Below, piece by piece: positions 46,692-56,463 of a stretch of DNA of 64,000 bases. Every line of letters starts with the position of its first letter. The first letter of the stretch is position 1. This DNA comes from Dehalococcoidia bacterium (GTDB taxonomy: Bacteria > Chloroflexota > Dehalococcoidia > Lucifugimonadales > QGNO01), in the NCBI GenBank assembly GCA_965248955.1, contig OZ252212.1:959042-1023041 (forward strand), in the 5' to 3' direction. A model generated the notes under the pieces. The model was not told the DNA's origin and did no database searches. It saw only the letters and a program-made list of their open reading frames with translations. A program made the position numbers and the translations under genes.

Positions 46692-47516
46692 TCAGCCCAC
46701 CCGTGTCACTTTATAGGTCACCGCGCCCTTGGGGGTGACCACCTCTACCTGGTCTCCTTCAGAGCGGTACAACACAGCCTGACCTACAGGAGAGGCGGTA
46801 GAAAGCTTGCCGGAAGAGGGGTCAGCCTCACTGGGCTCAACTAGAAGATAGCTAATCTCTTTCCCGGTCTGAAGGTGTTGCAAAACTACGCGTGAGCCAA
46901 CGCCAATGGAAGCGCCTCCGATTCCATTGGAAGCGCCATCCATAATCACCACATTCTTCAGAATGCTTTCCAACTCTCTGATCCGCGCTTCCGTCTGGCC
47001 TTGATGCTCTCTAGCCGCATCCAGGGGCGAGTTCTCGCTGAAGTCCCCGGTTGAAGCAGCCTGGCGGATCTCATCTGCTATCTTGCCCCTTTCCGCCTTC
47101 AAGGAATCGAGTTCCTCCAGAAGTTTCTTGTGACCCTCCGGTGTTATCTTCTTGGGTGCCTCCAATGCAACCCTGTTAGCCTGCGCCACACCCCTTCTCT
47201 TGCCGTTGCGTCTAATCCTAGCGAACGACGCAAGCTTGGTCTCGGTCATGCCATGGTTGCGGAGGAAATTAAGGAACCGCTTGGTTATAGCCAGTCTGAC
47301 ATTGCCGCTGTCCCCGGAGTACTCCAAGGTGGCGCTGTACTCCTCAACCTGAATGGGTAGAATTGCATTGACCTGGCGGTCCCGTCCGCACCATTGGACA
47401 AAGCGAGAGAGTTCCCTTTGAGCCGCATGCGCATCCTTCTCTTTCTGCGTTTCCAGGTACTGCGCAACAGCGTCTGAAAGGGTGGTTGGTTGCACCAATC
47501 CTTCCTTAGCTATCAT
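46692..47516 (-). CDS. GreA/GreB-family transcript cleavage factor with ~120-aa N-terminal extension
   Basis: The C-terminal ~150 aa read as GreA: ITPEGHKKLLEELDSLK, SENSPLDAAREHQG and GKLSTASPVGQAV. The N-terminal extension resembles an integrase SAM-like core-binding domain. Confidence 0.8.
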   Translation of the reverse strand: MIAKEGLVQPTTLSDAVAQYLETQKEKDAHAAQRELSRFVQWCGRDRQVNAILPIQVEEYSATLEYSGDSGNVRLAITKRFLNFLRNHGMTETKLASFARIRRNGKRRGVAQANRVALEAPKKITPEGHKKLLEELDSLKAERGKIADEIRQAASTGDFSENSPLDAAREHQGQTEARIRELESILKNVVIMDGASNGIGGASIGVGSRVVLQHLQTGKEISYLLVEPSEADPSSGKLSTASPVGQAVLYRSEGDQVEVVTPKGAVTYKVTRVG

Positions 47517-47664
47517 CTGACACTGATTTTAGGTGTGAAGTACGGGAGTGTCAACATTCAATCCACCATGCACATCAAGACCGTACTTCCTTTGAAATGG
47601 CACTTCAGGTACAATGAAAGTACAGCTTCAATATTCAGTGGCAGATAAACCATTGGAGAAGTTT

Positions 47665-49518
47665 ATGGGATCCCACTGGCTGCGCAATACAATAATTTAT
47701 GCTGTGGTGGCTATTGCCATCATCTTGGTCTTCTACAACTTCACTTCCGGCGCTCGCGGGGAGCAGAAAGATATAGCGAGTGTTGTCCAAATGGCCCGGG
47801 AGAACCGTCTGAGGTCCATTGTGGTAGACGGAGACAACCTCACCGTTAGCCCGCGTGAAGGAGCGGATTTCAATTCTCGCAAGGAGCCCGGCACCAGCAT
47901 CCTTGAGGTGCTCACCCAGGCTGGAGTGGAGACGGGTGAAGGCGGCGTCCAACTCACCGTCAAGGGCTCCAGCGGTCTGTCCAACATATTCGGGTTGCTG
48001 TTCAATTTCCTACCGCTGCTGTTCTTTGGCGCTATTCTGCTGTTCATGATGCGCCAGGCTCAGGGCAGCAACAATCAAACCCTGAGCTTTGGCCGCAGTA
48101 GGGCCAGAATGCTGGTTGGCAACAAACCCAGCGTTACTTTTTCCGACGTGGCCGGTGTGGAAGAGTCCAAAGCCGAGTTGCAGGAAATCGTGGAGTTCCT
48201 CACGTACCCGGAGCGGTTTGTGTCGCTGGGGGCGCGCATACCCAAGGGAGTGCTTCTGGTAGGGCCTCCCGGCACAGGCAAGACCCTGCTGGCAAAAGCA
48301 GTGGCAGGCGAAGCGGGTGTGCCATTCTTCTCGATAAGCGGCAGCGAGTTCGTTGAGATGTTCGTGGGCGTAGGAGCAGCAAGAGTGCGCGACCTGTTTG
48401 ACCAGGCAAAGCGCAACGCACCCTGCATTATCTTTGTCGATGAGATAGACGCCGTTGGCAGACACCGCGGCGCCGGCCTTGGCGGCGGTCATGACGAGCG
48501 CGAACAAACGCTAAACCAGATTCTTGTGGAGATAGACGGGTTTGATTCCAGTACCAACGTAATTGTGGTGGCGGCTACCAACCGCCCGGACATACTGGAC
48601 CCGGCCCTGCTCCGTCCCGGCCGGTTCGATAGGCGGGTGGTACTCGATTTGCCGGACATCGCAGGGCGAGAGGCCATCCTAAGCGTTCACACCAAAGGGA
48701 AGCCCATAGACGCGGACGTAAATCTGGAAGTGGTAGCAAAAGAGACCCCGGGGTTCAGCGGGGCGGATCTGGCGAATCTGGTTAACGAAGCGGCTATTCT
48801 GGCGGCGCGGCGCAGCAAGAAGACCGTCATGTTCGATGAGTTCGGTGAGGCAATAGACAGGGTGATCGCAGGGCCGGAGCGGAAAAGCCGAGTGATCAGC
48901 CACAAGGAGAAGGAGATCACCGCCTACCACGAAGGTGGCCACGCCCTGGTGGGCCATAAGCTTACTCATGCCGACCCTGTACAGAAGGTGTCCATAGTGG
49001 CGCGCGGAGGTATGGGCGGGTATACCCGGTTCTTGCCTGAAGAAGACAGGCACCTGTTCAGCAAAGCACAGTTCAAAGATATGCTGGCCGCGGCGCTGGG
49101 AGGACGTGTTGCGGAGGAGCAGATATTCGGAGAGGTCACTACGGGAGCCAGCAACGACCTAGAGAGCGCAACACAGATAGCCCGCAACATGGTGACCCGC
49201 TACGGCATGAGCGAGAAGCTGGGACCGCGCACCTTTGGAAAGCGTGAGGAGCTTGTCTTCCTGGGCAGAGAGATATCTGAGCAGAGTGACTACAGCGACA
49301 GTACGGCACAGCAAATCGACGAAGAGGTGCACCGCCTTATCCAGGAGGCCCACGACAGGGCCGAAGAGATACTGGAAACAAATAAGGCAAAGCTGGTGCA
49401 ACTGGCGCGCCACCTGATAACAAACGAAACTATTGAAGGCGACGCGCTTAACAAGCTCCTGGAATCGGAGGCGCCTCCACTGGTGGTCGAGCCCCTAGCG
49501 GCACCAACCACGGACTAG
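47665..49518 (+). CDS. ftsH: ATP-dependent zinc metalloprotease FtsH
   Basis: [13 protein letters not shown], the second region of homology, and HEGGHAL. I placed the start at MGSHW because GGAG lies 8 nt upstream; the ORF track start is 47614. Confidence 0.95.
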   Translation: MGSHWLRNTIIYAVVAIAIILVFYNFTSGARGEQKDIASVVQMARENRLRSIVVDGDNLTVSPREGADFNSRKEPGTSILEVLTQAGVETGEGGVQLTVKGSSGLSNIFGLLFNFLPLLFFGAILLFMMRQAQGSNNQTLSFGRSRARMLVGNKPSVTFSDVAGVEESKAELQEIVEFLTYPERFVSLGARIPKGVLLVGPPGTGKTLLAKAVAGEAGVPFFSISGSEFVEMFVGVGAARVRDLFDQAKRNAPCIIFVDEIDAVGRHRGAGLGGGHDEREQTLNQILVEIDGFDSSTNVIVVAATNRPDILDPALLRPGRFDRRVVLDLPDIAGREAILSVHTKGKPIDADVNLEVVAKETPGFSGADLANLVNEAAILAARRSKKTVMFDEFGEAIDRVIAGPERKSRVISHKEKEITAYHEGGHALVGHKLTHADPVQKVSIVARGGMGGYTRFLPEEDRHLFSKAQFKDMLAAALGGRVAEEQIFGEVTTGASNDLESATQIARNMVTRYGMSEKLGPRTFGKREELVFLGREISEQSDYSDSTAQQIDEEVHRLIQEAHDRAEEILETNKAKLVQLARHLITNETIEGDALNKLLESEAPPLVVEPLAAPTTD

Positions 49519-49538
49519 TCCACGTGGATTGACGATAT

Positions 49539-49579
49539 AAGAGAAGGCGGCCCCATCATTAATGGGGCCGCCTTCTCTT
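49539..49579. terminator. Bidirectional hairpin between convergent ftsH and the 49578..49841 ORF
   Basis: A 17-bp perfect stem aagagaaggcggcccca / tggggccgccttctctt with a 7-nt loop. The T-tracts are weak. The 3' arm overlaps the stop codon of the minus-strand ORF. Confidence 0.55.
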
Positions 49580-49841
49580 ATGGGGACTCGCCATCCTCAC
49601 TGTCAAGGGGCCGTTCCCTGAAATAGAGGCCCCACTTCTGCATAAGCCCCTTAATGCGGGGCTCTCCCAAGCCCGTCAACTCCTTGAAGAACCCTGCTAG
49701 GGCGTGGGCGTGTATGTGCTCTTCAGAGCATACCCAGCTTGCCTCGCTGGGCACCACGTAGACCACGCCGTTCTGGTGTGCGCACTGCACTTCCAGGCGC
49801 TTGCCGGAACGGTCGTGCTTTATAGTCAGGCCGTACGGCAT
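49578..49841 (-). CDS. Hypothetical small protein downstream of fumC
   Basis: 87 aa from ATG (MPYGLTIKHD). It lies immediately after the fumC stop. I recognised no domain. Confidence 0.4.
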   Translation of the reverse strand: MPYGLTIKHDRSGKRLEVQCAHQNGVVYVVPSEASWVCSEEHIHAHALAGFFKELTGLGEPRIKGLMQKWGLYFRERPLDSEDGESP

Positions 49842-49852
49842 ATTGAACGTCC

Positions 49853-51265
49853 TCAACCGCCGGCAGCTATTTTTGCTGTCGGTTCAGTCATAGCTTCGGC
49901 ATCCAAAAGCTCGTCAAGCTGGGCTTCGCTTAGATCGGTGCTCTCGCGGGCTACCTCACGTACTGTTTTACCAGTACGCTGGGCTTCCTGAGCTATCTTG
50001 GCCGCCGCATCGTAGCCTATGGCAGGAACTAGGCCGGTACAGATAGCGAGGCCCTGTTCGACCATTGCAGGACCCTTGCTGGTGGCGTTGATGCCGTCAA
50101 TGCACTGCTCCACGAAGTTCTTGGTCACGGAGGCCAGAAGCTCAATGGATTGAACCAAATTATAAGCGGCGACAGGCATCATGACGTTGATCTCGAAGTT
50201 GCCCGACTGGCCGGACACCGTAACTGCGACGTGGTTGCCCATCACCTGGGCACAGACCTGGCAGACCGACTCCGGAATAACTGGGTTGACCTTGCCAGGC
50301 ATGATGGAGCTGCCAGGTTGCACCTCCGGCAGTTCTATCTCACCTATGCCGGCGCGTGGGCCGGAGCCCAGCCATCGAAGATCGTTGGCAATCTTCATCA
50401 GGCTGACGGCGATGGTATTCGTGGCGCCGCTGGCCGCTACGATGTTGTCCAGGGTGCTCTGCGCCTGGAAATGGTTGCTGGTCTCGCGGAGCTTGAGGCC
50501 GGTAAGCTGGCTAAGCTTCTCTATGACCTTGGGAGCGAACTGCTGGTTGGTGCCGACGCCGGTGCCCACAGCCGTACCGCCCAAGGCGACTTCAGCGAGC
50601 TCGTCAAGGGCTTCTCGGGCGCGCTCTATGGAACGCTCGGCCTGTCCCACAAAGCCAAGGAACTGCTGTCCAAGCCGGATGGGCGTGGCGTCCTGCAGGT
50701 GGGTACGTCCCGTCTTGATGATGCCCCAATACTCGTCGGTCTTCTTCTGCATGGAGTCGCGCAGCATCTCCAGGGCGGGGATGAGCTCGTTCTGGATGGC
50801 CTGCGCAGCGGTGACGTGGATGGCGGTGGGTATAACGTCGTTGGAGGACTGGCCCTTGTTTACGTGGTCGTTGGGGTGAACGGGACCACGGGTTCCTTTG
50901 GGATTGCCAAGAAGCTCCGCGGCGCGGTTGGCAATGACCTCGTTGGCGTTCATGTTGGTGGAGGTGCCAGAGCCGGTCTGGAAGATGTCGACAACGAAGT
51001 GGTCTTCCAGCTTGCCGTCGATGACGTCCTGTGCGGCCTTGACGATTATGTCGCCGGTGTCTTTGTCGAGCAGGCCAAGCTCCATGTTGACCTGTGCCGC
51101 CGCCTGCTTGATCTGGGCCAGGCCCCTGTTGAAGTTGCGGGAGAATCGCAGGTTGGAGATGGGGAAGTTGAGGACGGCGCGCTGCGTGGAAGCGCCGTAG
51201 TAAGCGTCTTCAGGGACCTCCATCTCTCCCATGGAGTCCCGTTCAATGCGAGTCTTGCCTGTCAT
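49853..51265 (-). CDS. fumC: Class II fumarate hydratase
   Basis: GSSIMPGKVNP signature and FQTGSGTSTNMNANEV, 470 aa. Aspartase is the alternative call, but QTGSGT favours FumC. Confidence 0.85.
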   Translation of the reverse strand: MTGKTRIERDSMGEMEVPEDAYYGASTQRAVLNFPISNLRFSRNFNRGLAQIKQAAAQVNMELGLLDKDTGDIIVKAAQDVIDGKLEDHFVVDIFQTGSGTSTNMNANEVIANRAAELLGNPKGTRGPVHPNDHVNKGQSSNDVIPTAIHVTAAQAIQNELIPALEMLRDSMQKKTDEYWGIIKTGRTHLQDATPIRLGQQFLGFVGQAERSIERAREALDELAEVALGGTAVGTGVGTNQQFAPKVIEKLSQLTGLKLRETSNHFQAQSTLDNIVAASGATNTIAVSLMKIANDLRWLGSGPRAGIGEIELPEVQPGSSIMPGKVNPVIPESVCQVCAQVMGNHVAVTVSGQSGNFEINVMMPVAAYNLVQSIELLASVTKNFVEQCIDGINATSKGPAMVEQGLAICTGLVPAIGYDAAAKIAQEAQRTGKTVREVARESTDLSEAQLDELLDAEAMTEPTAKIAAGG

Positions 51266-51408
51266 GTGTACCTCCTGAGCACTGAGTATACAGGGGACTT
51301 ATCCGGGGCACAGTTTATCACGGTTGCGCCAAGATGGGGATGGTGGGGTCAAGTAGACCGCAAATCCATTTGGGCCGTATTTGAAGGCTTCAGGCTTCCA
51401 CACCACCC

Positions 51409-53979
51409 TCAATCAGCAGGCGCTCTGGCCTGTGCCAGCGAAGCCGCGCCGCCGGGCTGGCGACGGTCGCGGCGGAGGAAACTGTAGACCACGGGAATTA
51501 CCAAGAGGGTGAGGAACGTAGAGCTGAGTAGACCGCCAATGACCACCGTGGCCAGTTCAGCGCCGATGATGGTAGCCTCCTCGGTGGCGAAAGTAAGGGG
51601 AATCAGGGCAAAGATGGTAGTCAAAGCCGTCATTAGGATGGGCCGCACCCGGATGCGCCCGCCTTGGACCAGTGCCTCGTAGACGCGGTAGCCCCTGCTG
51701 CGCAGTTGTTCTACAAAGGAGATGAGCACAATAGCGTTGGTGACAACCAGTCCAATGAGCATGAGTGTGCCTATAAGGGCGGGTAGTCCAAGGGTGCGCT
51801 GGGTGATGAAAAGCGCGACCAAAGCACCGATGGAGGCAAGTGGCAGGCTGAAGATGATGACCAACGGGTTGATGAATGAGCGCATGGTTAGAACCATTAC
51901 CACGCCAACCAGCACTATGCCGGCAATCATGGCGATGCCCATACGGACGAACGCCTCTTGGATATCGGCGAAGACACCGCTCGTCTTTAACTCCACACCT
52001 TCAGGTAAGCCCAGCTCCTGTACTTTCTGGTCCACGGCAAGATTCACGCTCTGTGTGTTCTGGTCGATGATGGCGCCGGTGATACGCACCGACTGCCGGC
52101 GGTCAAAGCGGTATATCCTCTCGAGGCCTGCGCCGGTGCTGTCGGCGATGCCACTCCTGACGTTGACCAATCCGTCGATATCCTGCAAGGCCGTTGCGAT
52201 GGCGTCGGCAGACTCGGCGACCTTGGCGTAGTCCTCTCCGCTGAGGATCAGTTCCATATCGTTGGCGGACGGGCCGTTGGTCTGCACCGTTTCGACGAAA
52301 ACGGTGCGCCCTTCACCGGCAAAATCACGTCGGAGCATATCGGCGATTTCCTGGGCATCCGTATCTTCGGTAAGACTGAGGAACACGCTTATGATGTCGC
52401 CCCCGCCGGTGTTGAACCCGCTCAAAGCATCGTCGCCGCCGCCAGCGGTGACACGGAACAAATCAACCTTCCCATCTTCACTCAAGCCGCCAAGCACGTC
52501 TTCTATCTGCTCTACGTAACCATTTGGGGCAAGCATCTGGTCCAGGGTGGTGGGCTGGTCCAGAGACACCTCGGCGGAAAGGAGGTTCTCAGAACCTCCG
52601 GGAAGGAAGGTCTGGGGAATACGCGTGAGCAGGCCAAGGCTGGCTACAAAGAGAAAAGAGGCCAGAGCTATGGCGATTATCCTATGCGCAAGGGCCCACC
52701 TCAGAGCCGGCCAGTACAGGCGTTGGATCCACCTCTCCAGCACCTCAGAGGGTGCGCCGGACGTGACGAGAAAGCTGCCGAGGACGGGCACTATGGTCAG
52801 CGAGACGACTAGGGAGGCAAGCAAGGCGAAGGTGACGGTGAGTGCAAAGGGGAGGAAAAAAGCGCCGATGACGCCCCCAATGAAGGCCAGCGGCACAAAG
52901 ACGGCAACCGTAGTCAGGGTGGAAGATATGATAGCACGCGAGACCTCTTTGGTTGCGGTCAACGCTGCGACAATCCTGTTTCCATTGAAGTCCCCCATCT
53001 TGACGTGCCGGTAGATGTTTTCCAAGACAACTATGCTATCGTCAACCACGCGTCCTACGGCAATTGCCAGGCCGCCAAGGGTCATTACGTTGAGGCTCAT
53101 GTCCTGCCAGTTCATCAGGATGAACCCAACCAGGATGCTCAGGGGAATGGATACGGCGGCCACCAGTGTAGACCGGATGCTTATCAGAAAGAGGAAGATC
53201 ATGCCCATGGCAAACAGGCCGCCGAGTGCAGCTTCCCTCTGCAGGCTCCGGATGGATGTCTCTATTTCAGGCGCCTGGTTGGATACGATGACCCTTTCCA
53301 TATCGCTTGGCAGGTCAGGACTAATGGTCTCCAGCCGTTCCAACACGGCATTCACCACTTCCACGGTGTTCGCGTCGGGATCTTTGAGCACATTGATTGG
53401 TAGACTAGGTTCACCATTGGTACGGGTAATAGATGTTCCTGCCAAAGCAGTGATGGGGAGTTCAGCGCTGTCTACGCCTTCAACTCCGTTCAAGGCGGGA
53501 ACTATCTGCTCCTGCACTATTGGTATGAGGGTTTGTAATTCGCCGGGCCTGAGGATGCTGAGTTGCAAGACAGGGATTTCGTCCGGGCTGATACGGCTGA
53601 CCCTCGGAGGCGGGACGGCTCCGGGAAAGTCAAGGTTAGCAATTCTGCCGGAAAGCTGGCTTTCCACCTCCTCCATATCGGCGCCAAACTCGAACTCAGC
53701 TATGATCAAAGAGATGCTCTGGGAAGAGGTGGACTGCATGGTGCGCAGCCCACCGAAGTCAGCGATGGTCTTCTCTATGGGATCGGTAACGTCCTGCAGT
53801 ACTTGTTCGGAGGGAGCGCCCGGATAGATGGTAGCAACCGTGACCAGTGGAAAATCTATGTCGGGCAGAAGCTCAATCTGGAGACGTGTCAAGGAGTATA
53901 CGCCACCCGCAACAACGAGCAACGCAATGGCAATGGTGGCCCATCGCCAGCGAAGGGAAAGGCTAGTCAACAATGTCAA
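51409..53979 (-). CDS. RND-superfamily efflux transporter permease (short form, 856 aa)
   Basis: LPDIDFPLVTVATIYPGAPSEQV start, two transmembrane bundles, and VVDDSIVVLENIYRH. Confidence 0.85.
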   Translation of the reverse strand: MTLLTSLSLRWRWATIAIALLVVAGGVYSLTRLQIELLPDIDFPLVTVATIYPGAPSEQVLQDVTDPIEKTIADFGGLRTMQSTSSQSISLIIAEFEFGADMEEVESQLSGRIANLDFPGAVPPPRVSRISPDEIPVLQLSILRPGELQTLIPIVQEQIVPALNGVEGVDSAELPITALAGTSITRTNGEPSLPINVLKDPDANTVEVVNAVLERLETISPDLPSDMERVIVSNQAPEIETSIRSLQREAALGGLFAMGMIFLFLISIRSTLVAAVSIPLSILVGFILMNWQDMSLNVMTLGGLAIAVGRVVDDSIVVLENIYRHVKMGDFNGNRIVAALTATKEVSRAIISSTLTTVAVFVPLAFIGGVIGAFFLPFALTVTFALLASLVVSLTIVPVLGSFLVTSGAPSEVLERWIQRLYWPALRWALAHRIIAIALASFLFVASLGLLTRIPQTFLPGGSENLLSAEVSLDQPTTLDQMLAPNGYVEQIEDVLGGLSEDGKVDLFRVTAGGGDDALSGFNTGGGDIISVFLSLTEDTDAQEIADMLRRDFAGEGRTVFVETVQTNGPSANDMELILSGEDYAKVAESADAIATALQDIDGLVNVRSGIADSTGAGLERIYRFDRRQSVRITGAIIDQNTQSVNLAVDQKVQELGLPEGVELKTSGVFADIQEAFVRMGIAMIAGIVLVGVVMVLTMRSFINPLVIIFSLPLASIGALVALFITQRTLGLPALIGTLMLIGLVVTNAIVLISFVEQLRSRGYRVYEALVQGGRIRVRPILMTALTTIFALIPLTFATEEATIIGAELATVVIGGLLSSTFLTLLVIPVVYSFLRRDRRQPGGAASLAQARAPAD

Positions 53980-54052
53980 AGATCATCACCTTACTCGCTA
54001 TTGTAACGTTAAGAAACAGCATCTTTGTCATGCAACGCTAGCTCGGCAGTAT

Positions 54053-54826
54053 TCAAACACCCATAATATGGTAGCCGGCATCCACCGGAAGAACAGCGCC
54101 GGTAACGCCACTGGCAAGGTCGCTGCAAAGAAAAAGCGCCGCCTTGCCAACCTCGTCCCGTGTGACGTTGCGCCGCAGGGGGGCCCGTTGCTCATGGACG
54201 TGCTTCATGTCCATGAAACCACGGATACCCCTGGCGGCCAAGGTATCGATCGGGCCGGGCGACACGGCATTGACGCGAATTTTGCTTGGACCAAGCTCAG
54301 AGGCAAGCTGGCGCACCTCATTTTCCAGGGCGGCTTTGGCGGTGCCCATGACGTTGTAGCCCGGGTAGACCTTTTCCGAGGCGTGGAACGTGACGGTGAT
54401 AATGCTGCCCCCATCCCTCATCAGAGGGGCCGCATACCGGGCGATGGGCAGCAACGAGTAGGCGCTGACATCAAGGGCGATCTTGAACCCGTCACGGGAG
54501 GTCTTGGAAAAATCGCCTTCCAGGTCTTCGCGGTGAGCAAAGGCCACGCTGTGCACCACAAATGAGAGCGAGTCGTAGCGGTTGCTTAGCTCGGTGAAGA
54601 CAGCCTCTATCTGGTCGTCGTTGGTCACGTCGCATTCCCAAAGTGCAGCATCGTCCCAGCTCTCCACTAAACCGGCGACACGGCTCTTCAGTCGCTCGTT
54701 TTGGTAGGTCAACGCCAGCGTGGCTCCTGCATTGTGCAGTGTTTCCGCTATGGACCAGGCGATGCTTCGATCATTCGCCACACCGAAGACAACTCCATGC
54801 TTGCCCCTAAGATCTATTGGATACAC
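54053..54826 (-). CDS. fabI: Enoyl-ACP reductase FabI
   Basis: GVANDRSIAW, YNVMGTAKAALE (Y-x6-K) and NAVSPGPIDT. Confidence 0.9.
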   Translation of the reverse strand: MYPIDLRGKHGVVFGVANDRSIAWSIAETLHNAGATLALTYQNERLKSRVAGLVESWDDAALWECDVTNDDQIEAVFTELSNRYDSLSFVVHSVAFAHREDLEGDFSKTSRDGFKIALDVSAYSLLPIARYAAPLMRDGGSIITVTFHASEKVYPGYNVMGTAKAALENEVRQLASELGPSKIRVNAVSPGPIDTLAARGIRGFMDMKHVHEQRAPLRRNVTRDEVGKAALFLCSDLASGVTGAVLPVDAGYHIMGV

Positions 54827-54836
54827 TTGTCACACC

Positions 54837-55301
54837 TCATATTTCAATACTTCTACGGGGTTCAGCGTCGTTCTCCTCTTGTTCAGGGCTTCCATAGACA
54901 ACTCCGCTCTGTGACGCATAGTAGTCGTAAATGCGACGCATGGTCTGATAAGCCTCGCGCTCCACTTGACGATGGTGAACATGCACTCGTCTTGAAAACA
55001 GCCTGGAAACAAGATGGCGCCAGACGTAGGGAAGAAATCCCCACTGAAGCCTCTGATGGGCGTGGCAATACTGGTGTGCCAAAGGAGCCAGCCCTCTGTT
55101 ATCCGCCAACTCCCCATCCAACTGTCTGTCCAAATACTTCTTGCCAATAAGGATAACTGGCCGCACAAGAGGCAACGTTATGGTGAACCCCCCTAGATCA
55201 GGCCATGATAGAGCAAAAATGCTAGTCTTGGCCAAAGCCGTTGCGGGGACGCCATGCTTGCGCAGCCGCCTTCCGGTGACACTATCAGGAGCAAACCGCA
55301 T
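54837..55301 (-). CDS. Hypothetical protein
   Basis: 154-aa ORF located 10 nt upstream of fabI. I recognised no domain. Confidence 0.35.
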   Translation of the reverse strand: MRFAPDSVTGRRLRKHGVPATALAKTSIFALSWPDLGGFTITLPLVRPVILIGKKYLDRQLDGELADNRGLAPLAHQYCHAHQRLQWGFLPYVWRHLVSRLFSRRVHVHHRQVEREAYQTMRRIYDYYASQSGVVYGSPEQEENDAEPRRSIEI

Positions 55302-55471
55302 GGTTGAATATTAGTCGGATAGTTGAGGAAATCAGGAAAACACGTTGGTAGTATAGCACCTTGCATACGGTATTAGGCACATATGAGTGTTCCAAGATAC
55401 GCTGACCGGAGAAAGCTGTTAAACTAGACCCGCTATTGACCGGGAGATACGCGGACAAATTCCGGAGAGTC

Positions 55472-56458
55472 ATGCAAGCAGAAGATGTAGCCCGCATAGC
55501 TGAAACGGCGGCCAGGCTCCAGGAAAACATAGAAAAGGTGCTGGTTGGCAAGGGAGACGTGGTAGCGCTGGTGCTGGAAGCCGTACTTTGTGAAGGGCAC
55601 CTGCTCATCCAGGATGTTCCCGGCACCGGTAAAACCGTGCTGGCCAAGTCTATAGCACGCTCTCTGGGATGTACTTTCCGCCGCGTTCAGGGTACGCCCG
55701 ACCTGCTGCCGACCGATATCACGGGCACCTATGTCTTCAACCAGCAGACCTCTACCTTCGAGTTTCGCTCAGGGCCGATAATAGCCCAGGTTCTGCTGGT
55801 AGACGAGATAAACCGCGCCACCCCGCGTACGCAGTCCGCACTCCTGGAGGCAATGCAGGAGCGTCAAATCACAGTGGAAGGCGAAACAATGGCGCTGGCC
55901 AAGCCGTTTCTCACCATTGCCACCCAGAATCCAATAGAGTTGGAGGGCACCTTCCCCCTACCTGAGGCACAGCTGGACAGATTCCTCCTCCAGGTTAGTC
56001 TGGGTTACCCATCTCAAGAAGAGGACCTGCTTATACTCAGTCGATTCAAGGAAGACGACCCTCTTGAAAAGCTGGAGTCCGTGGTGGACAGCACTGAGCT
56101 TGTGGAACTCCAGCGGTTGGTGCGCAAAGTACACGTGGCCCTGCCGGTTGAAGAGTACCTAGTCTCTATCGTTCACGCCACCCGTTCGCATCCATGGGTA
56201 GACTTGGGGGCCAGTCCACGCGCCATGCTGGCCTTGTACAGAACATCGCAGGGGCTGGCTGCAATAAGGGGCCGCTCCTTTGTCATACCGGACGACGTTA
56301 AAGCACTGGCGCCTTACGTACTGACACATCGCATCATTCCCAAGGTACAGGGCCACGTCCGCGGCCATACGCCAGGCGACATCATACGGGAGGTGGTCAA
56401 CTCGGTGCCTGTGCCCGTAGAAGATGAGATGGGCGTTGCGGGTTTCCGGCACGTTTAG
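55472..56458 (+). CDS. MoxR-family AAA+ ATPase
   Basis: GHLLIQDVPGTGKT and LLVDEINRATPRTQSALLEAMQE. ATG at 55472; the ORF track start at 55436 is TTG. Confidence 0.9.
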   Translation: MQAEDVARIAETAARLQENIEKVLVGKGDVVALVLEAVLCEGHLLIQDVPGTGKTVLAKSIARSLGCTFRRVQGTPDLLPTDITGTYVFNQQTSTFEFRSGPIIAQVLLVDEINRATPRTQSALLEAMQERQITVEGETMALAKPFLTIATQNPIELEGTFPLPEAQLDRFLLQVSLGYPSQEEDLLILSRFKEDDPLEKLESVVDSTELVELQRLVRKVHVALPVEEYLVSIVHATRSHPWVDLGASPRAMLALYRTSQGLAAIRGRSFVIPDDVKALAPYVLTHRIIPKVQGHVRGHTPGDIIREVVNSVPVPVEDEMGVAGFRHV

Positions 56459-56463
56459 GAAAG

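Noticed and set aside
47585-47612. Sigma-70-like promoter TTGAAA / TACAAT upstream of ftsH
   Set aside because: The hexamers are only 12 nt apart, which is too short for a canonical promoter. TACAAT alone is not sufficient evidence.
50150-51487. 445-aa plus-strand ORF
   Set aside because: It is entirely antisense to the well-supported fumC gene. It has a low-complexity Gly/Ala/Leu/Val composition typical of shadow ORFs in GC-rich DNA.
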